From NCBI GenBank assembly GCA_016929245.1, contig JAFGJE010000147.1, forward strand, positions 1 to 25,586: 25,586 nucleotides of DNA, given 5' to 3'. This stretch comes from Phycisphaerae bacterium (lineage in GTDB: Bacteria > Planctomycetota > Phycisphaerae > SM23-33). Positions 8,524 through 17,227 of this stretch are shown here, piece after piece. The notes under the pieces were generated by a model. It was given only the letters and a program-made list of their open reading frames with translations, made no database searches and was not told the DNA's origin. Position 1 is the first letter of the stretch; every line of letters begins with the position of its first letter. The translations under genes were made by a program, and so were the position numbers.

Positions 8524-8643
8524 CTTTTCCGGGTCGTGGCACCTTCAAGCTCGTTTTCGAGCTTGTGGGTGCTATTCCCGGAAGCACCCACAAGCGAGAA
8601 GACTCGCTTGAAGGTGCCACGACTCGCTCCGCTCAGGATGACA
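8524..8643. repeat. Palindromic repeat family B copy 1 (8524-8620), fused to a solo terminal half-arm of family A (8621-8643)
   Basis: ccggtcttttccgggtc gtggcaccttcaa gctcgttttcgagc ttgtgggtgc tattcccggaa gcacccacaa gcgagaagactcgc ttgaaggtgccac, then gactcgctccgctcaggatgaca. The last 23 nt are identical to the right end of the element at 15216-15316. Confidence 0.75.
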
Positions 8644-8672
8644 ACTCGATGACAACTATGAAACATTCGCGA

Positions 8673-10910
8673 TCAGAATTCCATATCATTGCCACCCGCG
8701 CCGCCGGCTTGGGCTTTTTGGATCAGCCTTTTCAACTCCGCCATGGAAATATGCGACTGGACATGCCCGTCGACGAACAGGCCTATCGTGTATCGATTCC
8801 CGTAATTCGCGGGGTCTTCATACATCATCAGCGTCGTGGAACCCGCGCCGTCCGCGGGTCGAAGGTACACGTAGTCGATGGGATCGAGGAACTTCCCGTT
8901 TTCCACGCGGGGCGGCTGTTTCCCGCTGATCGGACTGATGAAATTCATCGCCGAGGCGTATCCCTTCTCCACGAGCATGGCCGGATCTTCGGGATATCCG
9001 TTCTCGGCCTGGTTGTACAATTCCAGCGCACATCCCAGTCCTTTGAGTCTTGTCATCGAGACCGCCTCCTTGGCGTGCATCCGCGCCCGGGTGATCGCGG
9101 GGATCGCCGCCGCGGCGCCCGCTCCCATCACCACCGGGGCGGTCGGGAGAAGCGACGGGCACGTGCCGTATCCCTCGAAGGTGATCCCCTCCGCGTCGTG
9201 GGACAGGACGTTCATCTGCGGGATGAGATATTGCAGCACGCTTTGCAGCGAACCGGGCCAGAGCGGAATCGGCTGGGTCGTCCGGGCCTTTTCGGCGATG
9301 AGGTTGGTCAGAAGCGTTCCACCGACCAGTTGCAGCGGGTAGAGTTTTTTCATGATCTCCGGCGTGTTGACGTAAATCATCATCGACGCGTTGGGGGCGA
9401 ATCGCTTCCGGAGGGCCTGGTACTCGGCGCTCTGGGTCAACGGTTCGGTCGGATTCCGCAGCGCCGAGGCGATCACCTGGGGCCACAGCGCCAGGTACAG
9501 GCGATTTTCATGGAGCGCCCAGGCGGGGAGAAACGCCATGCCCGGCCCTTCGATGGGAATGCGGAGATAGTGAATTTTCGTGTCGCCGGAATTCATCACG
9601 CCGATGCCGGGCTGAAGACGAGGCCGACGATAGATCGGCTGGTCGTCCCGCGGGGCGGTGGTGGGCGGCAGGAGCTTTTTTTCGAGTTTGTCGATGAAGG
9701 CCTGCAGCTTCTCGGCGTCCCTGACGTCCACGGTAATCATGCTGCCGACGAAAGGCCCGCCCTGGGAGGGCGAAACGGAATACACCCACGTGTCGCCCAG
9801 GTTCGCCAGCAGGTCGGTTTCCAGCGAGAAATCCAGCTTCTTTTCGAGCATCGCCACGGCGCCGGCGGCGATCTTGTCCGTTCGGGGATCGATCCGCCGG
9901 ATCATGCCGCGAATCTCGTCGTACAGCGCCTTGGGGGACAGGCTGACCGCCACGGCGATGTCCGCGTCGGCGGGCACGTGGGATAAAGCGGCGTCGGTCA
10001 ACGTGGTTCCCGCCAGGGGCAGGAGCAGACCCCGGTGCGGCGCGGGCGTGAAGAGGCGCAGTTTCGTGTACATCCCCTTATCCACCACGCGCACGGTTCC
10101 CGCGACGGCCTGGAGCTTATCCACGCCCAAGGCCGCGGTGATCCGACGGGCGGGATGAACCGACTTGGCGGGTTCCGTCGTCGGCGCGGTCGTGGGGGCG
10201 GGGAACAGATTCTCCACCTTCGCGACGATGGATTCGATATCCGCGTAGACGGACAACTGCACGTTCTCGCCGCCGACGACCTGCATGCGCTCCTGGAATT
10301 TCTTGTTCGCCTGCAAGCTCGCGTCGGGTTTCCGCTCCAGCAGCGCCTTGGCCTGGCCGGGTCCGATCGTGAAAAAGAACAGGTTCCCGAAATACCCGAA
10401 GGACGGTTCCACCTGCTCCAGGTCCGTGATATAGGTATAGTGGTTCTCCCCCACCTGCGCGGTGGCGAGTTTTTCCTGCGCGTCGGGGGGGAGCAATTCC
10501 AGAAGGGCCTGGAATTCCTTCTCGAAGGCGGGTTGGTCCTCTCCCAGGTCGATCAGGAACGCCAGCGACGCGCCCCGCGCATGGATATCGTACAGCCCGG
10601 CGGCCATCGGGTGCTGCCAGGCGATGCGGACCAGGTTCCAGGCCTTCTCGAAGACCGCTTTACCCTTCTCGTCGCGGATGTTCTCCTCGATCATCCCCCG
10701 GAAGAAGGTCACCAGTTCTTCCACCTCCGGGTCGAGGATCATCTGCCCGAACTTCGAGCCGTCGAACGTCAGGCTGCGCCCGGACCATTGCAGGTACACG
10801 AACGTCTCGGCCGGCAGATGCGCCGCCAGGTCCGCCGCCGCGGCGGCCGGAACCGCGAATACCAGACACCCCAGCACCGACAACACGACGCGCGATTGCA
10901 TACCGTTCAT
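8673..10910 (-). CDS. Secreted 745-aa protein of unknown function with a C-terminal leaderless pseudopilin / DUF1559 (H-X9-DG)-like domain
   Basis: The start is chosen at MNGMQSRVVLSVLGCLVFAVPAAAA (AGGA 6 nt upstream), not the first M at 10949. A Sec signal peptide is present. The C-terminal ~130 aa resemble the post-cleavage part of Planctomycete DUF1559 pseudopilins: a hydrophobic helix (LLPTAPVVMGAGAAAAIPAI) then TRARMHAKEAVSMTRLKGLGCALELYNQAENGYP (compare AVQAAREAARR-QC-NNLKQIGLALHNY) and a terminal YTIGLFVDGHVQSHIS (compare N-lFcDGSVrfis). The ~600-aa N-terminal part has no recognisable motifs. Confidence 0.7.
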   Translation of the reverse strand: MNGMQSRVVLSVLGCLVFAVPAAAAADLAAHLPAETFVYLQWSGRSLTFDGSKFGQMILDPEVEELVTFFRGMIEENIRDEKGKAVFEKAWNLVRIAWQHPMAAGLYDIHARGASLAFLIDLGEDQPAFEKEFQALLELLPPDAQEKLATAQVGENHYTYITDLEQVEPSFGYFGNLFFFTIGPGQAKALLERKPDASLQANKKFQERMQVVGGENVQLSVYADIESIVAKVENLFPAPTTAPTTEPAKSVHPARRITAALGVDKLQAVAGTVRVVDKGMYTKLRLFTPAPHRGLLLPLAGTTLTDAALSHVPADADIAVAVSLSPKALYDEIRGMIRRIDPRTDKIAAGAVAMLEKKLDFSLETDLLANLGDTWVYSVSPSQGGPFVGSMITVDVRDAEKLQAFIDKLEKKLLPPTTAPRDDQPIYRRPRLQPGIGVMNSGDTKIHYLRIPIEGPGMAFLPAWALHENRLYLALWPQVIASALRNPTEPLTQSAEYQALRKRFAPNASMMIYVNTPEIMKKLYPLQLVGGTLLTNLIAEKARTTQPIPLWPGSLQSVLQYLIPQMNVLSHDAEGITFEGYGTCPSLLPTAPVVMGAGAAAAIPAITRARMHAKEAVSMTRLKGLGCALELYNQAENGYPEDPAMLVEKGYASAMNFISPISGKQPPRVENGKFLDPIDYVYLRPADGAGSTTLMMYEDPANYGNRYTIGLFVDGHVQSHISMAELKRLIQKAQAGGAGGNDMEF

Positions 10911-11110
10911 GGTTTTCCTGCCCTTCCGAACAAAAAAAGTCCCTGTCACTTGAAGGCCTGCTTTCGGGTTATCCGACCGCCCTTCCCGGAACGGGGACCA
11001 TTATCCCGCCAACGACCGGAGAATTCCAAGGATTTTCTCCGGAACGGAACCCGTCGTCGCAATCGAGACTTTCCCTCCGGGATGGATCCCTCAAAAGCGC
11101 GAAGGAAACG

Positions 11111-11578
11111 TCAGTTCGCCTCCACGACGGCGATGGTGATGAAAACGGCAATCGCGATCCCAAATGCAATCAAAAGCGCGTAGAGAGCTCCTCTTCCTCG
11201 CTTTTGTTTTTTCTGAATGTCCGCCTCGATGCCGCGCCATTGACCGGCTACGTCCGATACGGAATGGTCGTCGCAAAGAATCCATTCCAGTCCCGTGATC
11301 AGGAGTTTCATGAGTTCTTCGTGCCGGGGTTTGTCTTTGTCGCGATAGGATTGCAGATTGGCGACCACGACGACGCGTCCCCGGTCGAAGGAAAGATTGA
11401 CCTGCATGGGAAGCAGTTCGATTTTGGGGGACGTCGCTCGAACGCGCCCGCGTTTCGCCTCCATCTGCTCGTCCGTGACGTCCCCGAGACGAAATCCCAA
11501 TTGTTGCAGGTACTCGGCGGACAGCGCCCCCACCTGATCCGCTTCCCGCGTCGTGACGAACGTGTGTTCAATAATCAT
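11111..11578 (-). CDS. Hypothetical 155-aa protein with a soluble N-terminal domain and a single C-terminal TM anchor (tail-anchored), third gene of a tight 3-gene operon
   Basis: ORF 6 nt downstream of the CPBP gene stop. C-terminal ALYALLIAFGIAIAVFITIAVV hydrophobic helix. No recognisable motifs. Coding status rests on operon context and ORF length. Confidence 0.55.
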   Translation of the reverse strand: MIIEHTFVTTREADQVGALSAEYLQQLGFRLGDVTDEQMEAKRGRVRATSPKIELLPMQVNLSFDRGRVVVVANLQSYRDKDKPRHEELMKLLITGLEWILCDDHSVSDVAGQWRGIEADIQKKQKRGRGALYALLIAFGIAIAVFITIAVVEAN

Positions 11579-11584
11579 CTTCGG

Positions 11585-12424
11585 TTAACTCCATCCGATG
11601 AATTCCGTGCCCACCACCAGGGAATTGTGAACCAGGTGCATGAGAAAGCAGGGATACAGGGAACCGGAACGAATCCGAACCCACCCGGTGAGTATTCCCA
11701 AAAGCAGAGTAAAGGGAATCATCCAGACGCTCATGTGAAGAATCGAAAACATGATCGCCGAGACCAGAATCGCCTCCCGCGCGCTGAGAACCCGCCGCAA
11801 CCCGCCGAGAATCACGCCCCGAAACGCCAGTTCCTCCACGAGAGGAGGAATCACGCAGACCATCAAAAAGATCATTCCCCAGCCGTATCCTTCGGAAAGA
11901 AAAACCCGGGAATAATAAATTTGCTCAATCCCGAGCGAGGGAAACCAATAGTAAAAACACGCGCCGGCCAGGAGAAAGGTTCCCACCCCGAACACCGCGG
12001 AGAGAAGCAGCCATTTTCCACCTCCCAGGCGCGCCAGCAAGGGAAACACCGACCGAAACGTCAGGAACACCCACAGAAGGGTCACACCCCCGGATACGGA
12101 GGAGGCGACGATATCCAGCGTCACTCCGGAAACCTGCTCCCCCCACAGGGCGATCAGAAACGCGACCGAAAAGACCGTGAGGATGACGAAGTAGAGAAAC
12201 AGCGCGCTCCGCAGGGAACCGACATTCCGGTTCGACGATTGGGCGTCCGGAGAAGGCGAATTTTGCGGGAGACAATGGGGACAGCGAGTCCATGCGGGAT
12301 CCCACGGGACGCCGCAACGAGTGCAGAAATTGGGGACCGGCGCGGCGGAAGACGCTTCCGTCGGTTCCGACGAGTTCAATACGTCGGAGTGGAAACCAAA
12401 CCGATTGTCCGCCGCCGATGTCAT
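11585..12424 (-). CDS. CPBP-family (CAAX protease / Abi) intramembrane glutamic metalloprotease with an N-terminal zinc ribbon (279 aa)
   Basis: N-terminal CTRCG-x9-CPHC zinc ribbon. Polytopic membrane domain with CPBP motif 1 (EELAFRG) and motifs 2 and 3 (FSILHM ... HLVHNS). Starts 4 nt after the stop of the preceding gene. Confidence 0.8.
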   Translation of the reverse strand: MTSAADNRFGFHSDVLNSSEPTEASSAAPVPNFCTRCGVPWDPAWTRCPHCLPQNSPSPDAQSSNRNVGSLRSALFLYFVILTVFSVAFLIALWGEQVSGVTLDIVASSVSGGVTLLWVFLTFRSVFPLLARLGGGKWLLLSAVFGVGTFLLAGACFYYWFPSLGIEQIYYSRVFLSEGYGWGMIFLMVCVIPPLVEELAFRGVILGGLRRVLSAREAILVSAIMFSILHMSVWMIPFTLLLGILTGWVRIRSGSLYPCFLMHLVHNSLVVGTEFIGWS

Positions 12425-12427
12425 CGT

Positions 12428-12976
12428 CTAATCCTGGGACGGCATCTTCGCCTTCAGTTGTCGGTACGTGATGCCAGCCTGGATCGCATTGATTAACGCG
12501 ACGACAACGATGACTTTGATGATCCATCCTCGAAGAAGAGCCGAAGGATCGGCGACCGCGTCGATGGCGTGGAGCGTGACGTACAGCACCAGTCCCACAA
12601 TGGACGCCGGAAGGGGATTGACCCTCGCCCAGAATCCCAGGACGGCGAAGACCACTCCGATTCCCACAACCACGCCGACGAGGATCTGCAGTTTCTGCAT
12701 GTCGACGTTCGGCTCGTTTTTCAGAAAGGCGTACAGGGCGATTCCGGTGATCCCCTGGAGGACTGCCGCGGCGAACAAGGCGATGGAGGCCTGGCGACAT
12801 TTCTTTTTGAGTTCCTTTTCCTGCACGTTTTGCCCCAGACTCGTCGAAGCAATCGCGCTTCCCGTTACCACCCGCGGGCCCGTCGGTGCGGCGGAGGGCA
12901 ACGCCTTACCGCACTCCCGGCAGAATTCAGAGGCATCTTCATTTTCAACGTTGCAATGCGGACAGATAATAGACAT
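12428..12976 (-). CDS. Zinc-ribbon domain membrane protein (182 aa, ~4 TM), first gene of the 3-gene operon
   Basis: Internal start MSIICPHCNVENEDASEFCRECGKALP (ATG at 12974-12976) giving CPHC-x10-CRECG, followed by four hydrophobic helices. The longer 328-aa ORF (to 13414) would overlap the recG 3' end and encodes an R/G/A low-complexity N-terminus, so the internal start is preferred. Confidence 0.6.
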   Translation of the reverse strand: MSIICPHCNVENEDASEFCRECGKALPSAAPTGPRVVTGSAIASTSLGQNVQEKELKKKCRQASIALFAAAVLQGITGIALYAFLKNEPNVDMQKLQILVGVVVGIGVVFAVLGFWARVNPLPASIVGLVLYVTLHAIDAVADPSALLRGWIIKVIVVVALINAIQAGITYRQLKAKMPSQD

Positions 12977-13089
12977 GTGTTTTCTCCCAATGCAATCCAA
13001 GTAGTAGGAAACGACCTCTGTAAGTAATTGACCAAAAGAATGATAGGTCGGGACGCTTCCGGTTGCAACCCTTTGTATCCAAGAAAGAA

Positions 13090-15180
13090 CTATGCCCCCG
13101 TCAGCAAACCCAATCGCAGGCCGTGGGTTTTGATGAGCTCCCGGCGGAGTTGCTGGTGATGCGGAGCCGCCAGGTCCGGGTCTTCTTCGATCATCGCGAA
13201 GGCGTCGCGCCGCGCGAGACGCAGGAGCTCGAAATCCTCGATCAGGTCCGCGACTTTCAGTTCCGGCAGCCCGTGCTGTTTCGTGCCGAAAAATTCCCCC
13301 GGACCCCGAAGTCGCAAATCCTCCTCGGCGATCTGAAAACCGTCGGCCGTCTTCGTCAGAACGTCCAGCCGCCGCTGCGCGATGGGATTGCCCGGACTCG
13401 CGACGAGAATGCACGTCGCGTCGTCCCTGCCGCGCCCGATCCTCCCGCGAAGCTGGTGCAGCTGCGCCAATCCGAAGCGCTCCGCGTGCTGGATGACCAT
13501 CACGTTGGCCGCCGCCACGTCCACGCCGACTTCCACGACCACCGACGCGACGAGAACCTTGATCCTCCCGTCGCGAAAGTCCGTCATGACCGCTTCCTTC
13601 CGCTCCGCGGGCATCTGCCCGTGCACGAGTCCCACGCCGAACTCGCCCAAAGGTCCCGCGGAGAGTTCCTCGTAAGCGTCCTGGGCCGCCGTCAGCTCCA
13701 GCTCCGGGGAGGGCGTCACCAGCGGGTAAATGAAGTACGCCTGCTGACCCTCGTGGAGCTTCTTGGCCGTGAAGTCGATGATTTTAGGCAGATCCTTTTC
13801 CTTCACGAGTTTCGTTTCGGTTTTGCCCCGCCCGGGGGGCAGTTCGTCGATGGTCGAAACGTCCAGGTCCCCGAAGACCGTCAGCGCCAGCGTGCGCGGA
13901 ATCGGCGTGGCGGTCATCACGAGATAATGCGGAGCGTATCCTTTCCCGCGCAGCCCCGTCCGCTGCTGCACGCCGAATTTGTGCTGCTCATCGACGACCA
14001 CCAGCGCCAAATCGCGGAATTTCACCGTCTCGCTCAACAGGGCGTGCGTTCCGACGACGATGTGCACTTCGCCCGTCGCCAGTTCCGCCAGCGTGCGGTT
14101 GCGGGTGGTCGCGTTCTGTCCGCCCACGAGCAGGCGCGTGTTGACCTGCGAGCCGTCAAGATATTGACAAATTTTACGGTAATGTTGCGTGGCGAGGATT
14201 TCCGTGGGCGCCATGATCGCCACCTGCCTGTGATTCGCCACCGCCGTTAAGGCCGCGTGCAGCGCGACGACGGTTTTGCCCGCGCCCACGTCGCCTTGCA
14301 CGAGGCGATTCATAGGCCGGGTGCGGCGAAGGTCGGAAGTAATTTCCCTTACCGCGCGATCCTGGGCGTTCGTTAGGGAAAAGGGAAATCTCGCGCGAAT
14401 ATGCCGGTCGATTTCCTCGGTGAATTTCAGCGCGTGGGCGGGGCGGTGTCGCTCGCGCGTCCGGACGATCGCCACGCCCAACTGCATGAGGAAGCATTCA
14501 TCGTAGGCAAGGCGTCGTCGGGCGCGGGACCATTGTTCCTTGTCCTCAGGCCGATGCATCGCCGCGACGGCGTCGGGACGCGGGATCAATCCGCGCTGGG
14601 CCAGGTACGCTTTATCGAACCACGGCGGAATGAGCGATTGGGCGTTGTGGAGATTGGCTTTGATGATCGAAGCGACGATCCCGCTGGTCAATCCCCCCCC
14701 TGCCGGGTAGACCGGAAGGAGTTCGTCCCGGTCGAGTCGCACACCCGAAGCGTCGTAGATCACCTGGAACGAGGGATTGACGAACTGCGGCAGGTCGCGG
14801 AACGCGCCCACTTTCCCGCTGACCGCGATGAGCAGGCCCGGGCGAATCTGGTTTCGCAGGTATCCGCCGTGGAACCATTTGACGGCGATCTCCGCCGAGC
14901 CGTCGTCGAGCAGACACTCGAAGAACGGCTTACTGCCGTAGCTGTGCTCCTTGCAGTCGATCACCTGCCCGGCGACGGTGACGTTGTCATCGCCCGCCTC
15001 GACGGTCGCGATCGGCTGCGTCTGTTTTCGCAGATCGAAGCGGCGGGGGAAATGCAGCAGAAGATCCTCGACGGTTTCGATCCCCAGCGCGGCGAGCTGC
15101 TCCGCCCGCCGCGGCCCGGCGCGCTTGGCGTACTGCACGGGTGTTTCGAGGGTCAGTTCCGCCATCGGGTTGTATCCCAA
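13090..15180 (-). CDS. recG: ATP-dependent DNA helicase RecG (696 aa)
   Basis: N-terminal wedge domain. Superfamily-2 helicase motifs (GDVGAGKT Walker A, VVDEQHKFGV DEQH box, helicase C with QLHQLRGRIGRG). Size and order are typical of RecG. Confidence 0.9.
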   Translation of the reverse strand: MGYNPMAELTLETPVQYAKRAGPRRAEQLAALGIETVEDLLLHFPRRFDLRKQTQPIATVEAGDDNVTVAGQVIDCKEHSYGSKPFFECLLDDGSAEIAVKWFHGGYLRNQIRPGLLIAVSGKVGAFRDLPQFVNPSFQVIYDASGVRLDRDELLPVYPAGGGLTSGIVASIIKANLHNAQSLIPPWFDKAYLAQRGLIPRPDAVAAMHRPEDKEQWSRARRRLAYDECFLMQLGVAIVRTRERHRPAHALKFTEEIDRHIRARFPFSLTNAQDRAVREITSDLRRTRPMNRLVQGDVGAGKTVVALHAALTAVANHRQVAIMAPTEILATQHYRKICQYLDGSQVNTRLLVGGQNATTRNRTLAELATGEVHIVVGTHALLSETVKFRDLALVVVDEQHKFGVQQRTGLRGKGYAPHYLVMTATPIPRTLALTVFGDLDVSTIDELPPGRGKTETKLVKEKDLPKIIDFTAKKLHEGQQAYFIYPLVTPSPELELTAAQDAYEELSAGPLGEFGVGLVHGQMPAERKEAVMTDFRDGRIKVLVASVVVEVGVDVAAANVMVIQHAERFGLAQLHQLRGRIGRGRDDATCILVASPGNPIAQRRLDVLTKTADGFQIAEEDLRLRGPGEFFGTKQHGLPELKVADLIEDFELLRLARRDAFAMIEEDPDLAAPHHQQLRRELIKTHGLRLGLLTGA

Positions 15181-15215
15181 TCCTGTGGTTTGGACATCTC
15201 GTCCAAACGTCGCAG

Positions 15216-15316
15216 TGTCATCCTGAGCGGAGCGAAGCGGAGTCGAAGGACCTCACGGGTTCGCAGGCGTAAGGTCCTTCGACTTCGCTCGAAGACTCGC
15301 TCCGCTCAGGATGACA
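15216..15316. repeat. Palindromic intergenic repeat family A, copy 1 (~100 bp, 37-44-bp arms), between the radical-SAM gene stop and the recG start
   Basis: tgtcatcctgagcggagcgaagcggagtcgaaggacc - tcacgggttcgcaggcgtaa - ggtccttcgacttcgctcgaagactcgctccgctcaggatgaca. The right arm carries an 8-nt insertion. A separate small hairpin gtttggac-atctc-gtccaaac lies at ~15190-15209. Confidence 0.8.
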
Positions 15317-15355
15317 GATTATCATTTTACAGCGACGGAAGACTAATGGAACCAT

Positions 15356-17218
15356 TCACTTCGCGTTGGTTTTTGCTATGGGGGTGCCGTCCAGTGCATG
15401 GGCCGCCTTTGTGCCGTCGGGGGCGCGCATGGGTAGTCGGCTGCGGGGCGGTGTGCGACGGCGGCGAATCTTACCGATCATCAGCCTGATCGTCCACCCA
15501 GCCAGGCGACGGACGGTTTTGACCAAACCCCACATGCCCAGCGCCTGCACACCCGCGTCGATCCCGCCCAGGCGATTCCCCGGCCGCAACGCCCGGAATA
15601 CCCGCAGCGGATTGTAGAACCACGCGTAGGCCAGCAGAATATTCAACTGCTTCCGCCACGGCTGGGGATGCAGCGACGCGCAGACGTGCACGCCTTCCAT
15701 CATGTACGGTTTGAGCTTTCGTCCGCCCGCGCTGTCGAAAACCATGCCCGACGTGTACGTCCGCTCGAAAAGTTTCGATCCCGGCGAGGGGGTGATCATC
15801 AGCACCTGCAGGCTCGACGCCCCGGCGCGTTGCAGCAGGTGCACCTGGTTGAGCAGACCTACGGGTTTTCCGGGCGTCAGGAGCGGTTGCTCGTCGTGGT
15901 GCATCATCATCGGCATGGGCGCGATGCCGTGCTCACGCAGGCGCTGGAACGCCCGGGCGGTTTTGTCGGGCGTCTGGCCTTTTTTGACCAACTGCCCCGT
16001 CATGTCCTCCACGCCGATCCACAACGCGCGGAACCCGGCCCGCCGCGCGAGTTCCAGGTAACCTTTTTCATCCATCTTCAGCGTGTCGTGCACGGTGACT
16101 TCCGTGCCGATCCTCGCGCACTTGCGCAGGGGCTTACCGTCGATTTCCGTCCGCACGAGCGCGTCGCAGATGTCGAAGGTTTTCGCGGGATCGTTGAAAA
16201 AATTATCATCCGCGCCGAAGTAGAAATGAATGCCGAATTCCCGCCGCAGCGAGACGATCTCCTCGGCGATGCGCCGCCCGCTTTTAACGCGATACATCCG
16301 CTGGTTGTAGGCGGGGATGGGGCAATACGGGCAGGAGAACTTGCACCCCAGCGTCATCACGAGCGAGGAAATCGGGCTGTAGCGTCGCACGCGCGAGATG
16401 TCCAGCGGCCGGCTGGACAACGTCGGCAGATTCGAAGGCGCCTCGAGGACGCGATACGCCGGAGCGGGGAAGGCTTGTTCGTTGAGGTCATACACGAGAC
16501 GCTGGATGCCCGTGTCGATGAGTTCTTCGGGCGGCCCGTCGGGTGTATCGCTGCGCGAGTACACCAGCCCGGGGATATCGTCCAGGCCGCCGGTGTCGCG
16601 GACGCGCTGAAAGGTTTTCCGCAGCGGTTCGCCGTCGGCGCGATTCTCCAGCAGGCGCTCCAGCGTCGCCAGCAGGACGTATTCCTCCCCCGTGACGACC
16701 AGGTCGCCCGTGCAGGCGTCGGGAAAAACGGTCCAGGGTTCGTAGATCGCCTGCGGACCTCCGACGATCACCAAAGGCCTGCGGTCGGGGGGAATCCTGC
16801 AGACGCCACGCAGGAGTTGCAGAAAGGGTTCGTGGTGCAGGCGCATCGCGGAGATGAGAAACAGATCCGGCGTGCGGCCTTCGAGTTGCATACGGGACGG
16901 ATCGAAATTCCGATTCCAGTGCTGTAAAACGATGCGGGTTTTCTCGAAACCCGAATCGAGCATCGCCGCGGCGACCGCACGCACGCCGGCCGGAACCATG
17001 CGGACGTCGGCGAAGACGAACGGGAGAATGCGCGTGCGATGATCGAATGAGCAGGCGATGACCGTCGTCAGGTCGTGTTTCGGCGCGAGACGGCGCAGAC
17101 GCGCGCGAACGTCCGTCAGTTCGCCCGCGGTCAGGGTTTGGTCTCCGGCGTTACGTGGAGGCAGTTCCATAAGGCAAAACACCCGCTTAGACCCTTGGGG
17201 CTCCTTCGGAGATGACAA
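15356..17218 (-). CDS. B12-binding domain-containing radical SAM protein (class B rSAM), 620 aa, with a ~100-aa basic C-terminal extension
   Basis: N-terminal cobalamin-binding Rossmann-like domain (TTVIACSF ... RPLVIVGGPQA). Radical SAM CxxxCxxC motif (GCKFSCPYCPI). The C-terminal tail is arginine-rich. The substrate family cannot be assigned from sequence alone. Confidence 0.85.
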   Translation of the reverse strand: MSSPKEPQGSKRVFCLMELPPRNAGDQTLTAGELTDVRARLRRLAPKHDLTTVIACSFDHRTRILPFVFADVRMVPAGVRAVAAAMLDSGFEKTRIVLQHWNRNFDPSRMQLEGRTPDLFLISAMRLHHEPFLQLLRGVCRIPPDRRPLVIVGGPQAIYEPWTVFPDACTGDLVVTGEEYVLLATLERLLENRADGEPLRKTFQRVRDTGGLDDIPGLVYSRSDTPDGPPEELIDTGIQRLVYDLNEQAFPAPAYRVLEAPSNLPTLSSRPLDISRVRRYSPISSLVMTLGCKFSCPYCPIPAYNQRMYRVKSGRRIAEEIVSLRREFGIHFYFGADDNFFNDPAKTFDICDALVRTEIDGKPLRKCARIGTEVTVHDTLKMDEKGYLELARRAGFRALWIGVEDMTGQLVKKGQTPDKTARAFQRLREHGIAPMPMMMHHDEQPLLTPGKPVGLLNQVHLLQRAGASSLQVLMITPSPGSKLFERTYTSGMVFDSAGGRKLKPYMMEGVHVCASLHPQPWRKQLNILLAYAWFYNPLRVFRALRPGNRLGGIDAGVQALGMWGLVKTVRRLAGWTIRLMIGKIRRRRTPPRSRLPMRAPDGTKAAHALDGTPIAKTNAK

Positions 17219-17227
17219 GGGGGAGGA

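Noticed and set aside
8565-11183. Plus-strand ORFs of 473 aa and 382 aa antisense to the 745-aa secreted-protein gene
   Set aside because: Antisense and R/G/H-rich. The 5' part of the 473-aa ORF is simply the translation of repeat B1 (THKREDSLEGAT).
11204-12800. 430-aa plus-strand ORF and 291-aa minus-strand alternative-frame ORF across the 3-gene operon
   Set aside because: Highly charged and low complexity. They are incompatible with the tightly spaced, motif-bearing zinc-ribbon and CPBP genes.
12977-13414. N-terminal 146-codon extension of the zinc-ribbon protein ORF
   Set aside because: It would overlap the last ~325 nt of recG on the same strand, and its product is an RG/A-rich low-complexity peptide. 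The internal ATG at 12976 starts right at the zinc ribbon.
13063-15489. Plus-strand ORFs (395 aa, 362 aa) antisense to recG
   Set aside because: Antisense artefacts. recG has complete helicase motifs.
15668-16927. 419-aa plus-strand ORF antisense to the B12-radical-SAM gene
   Set aside because: No motifs and R/H/G-rich. The rSAM frame carries a B12 domain and CxxxCxxC.
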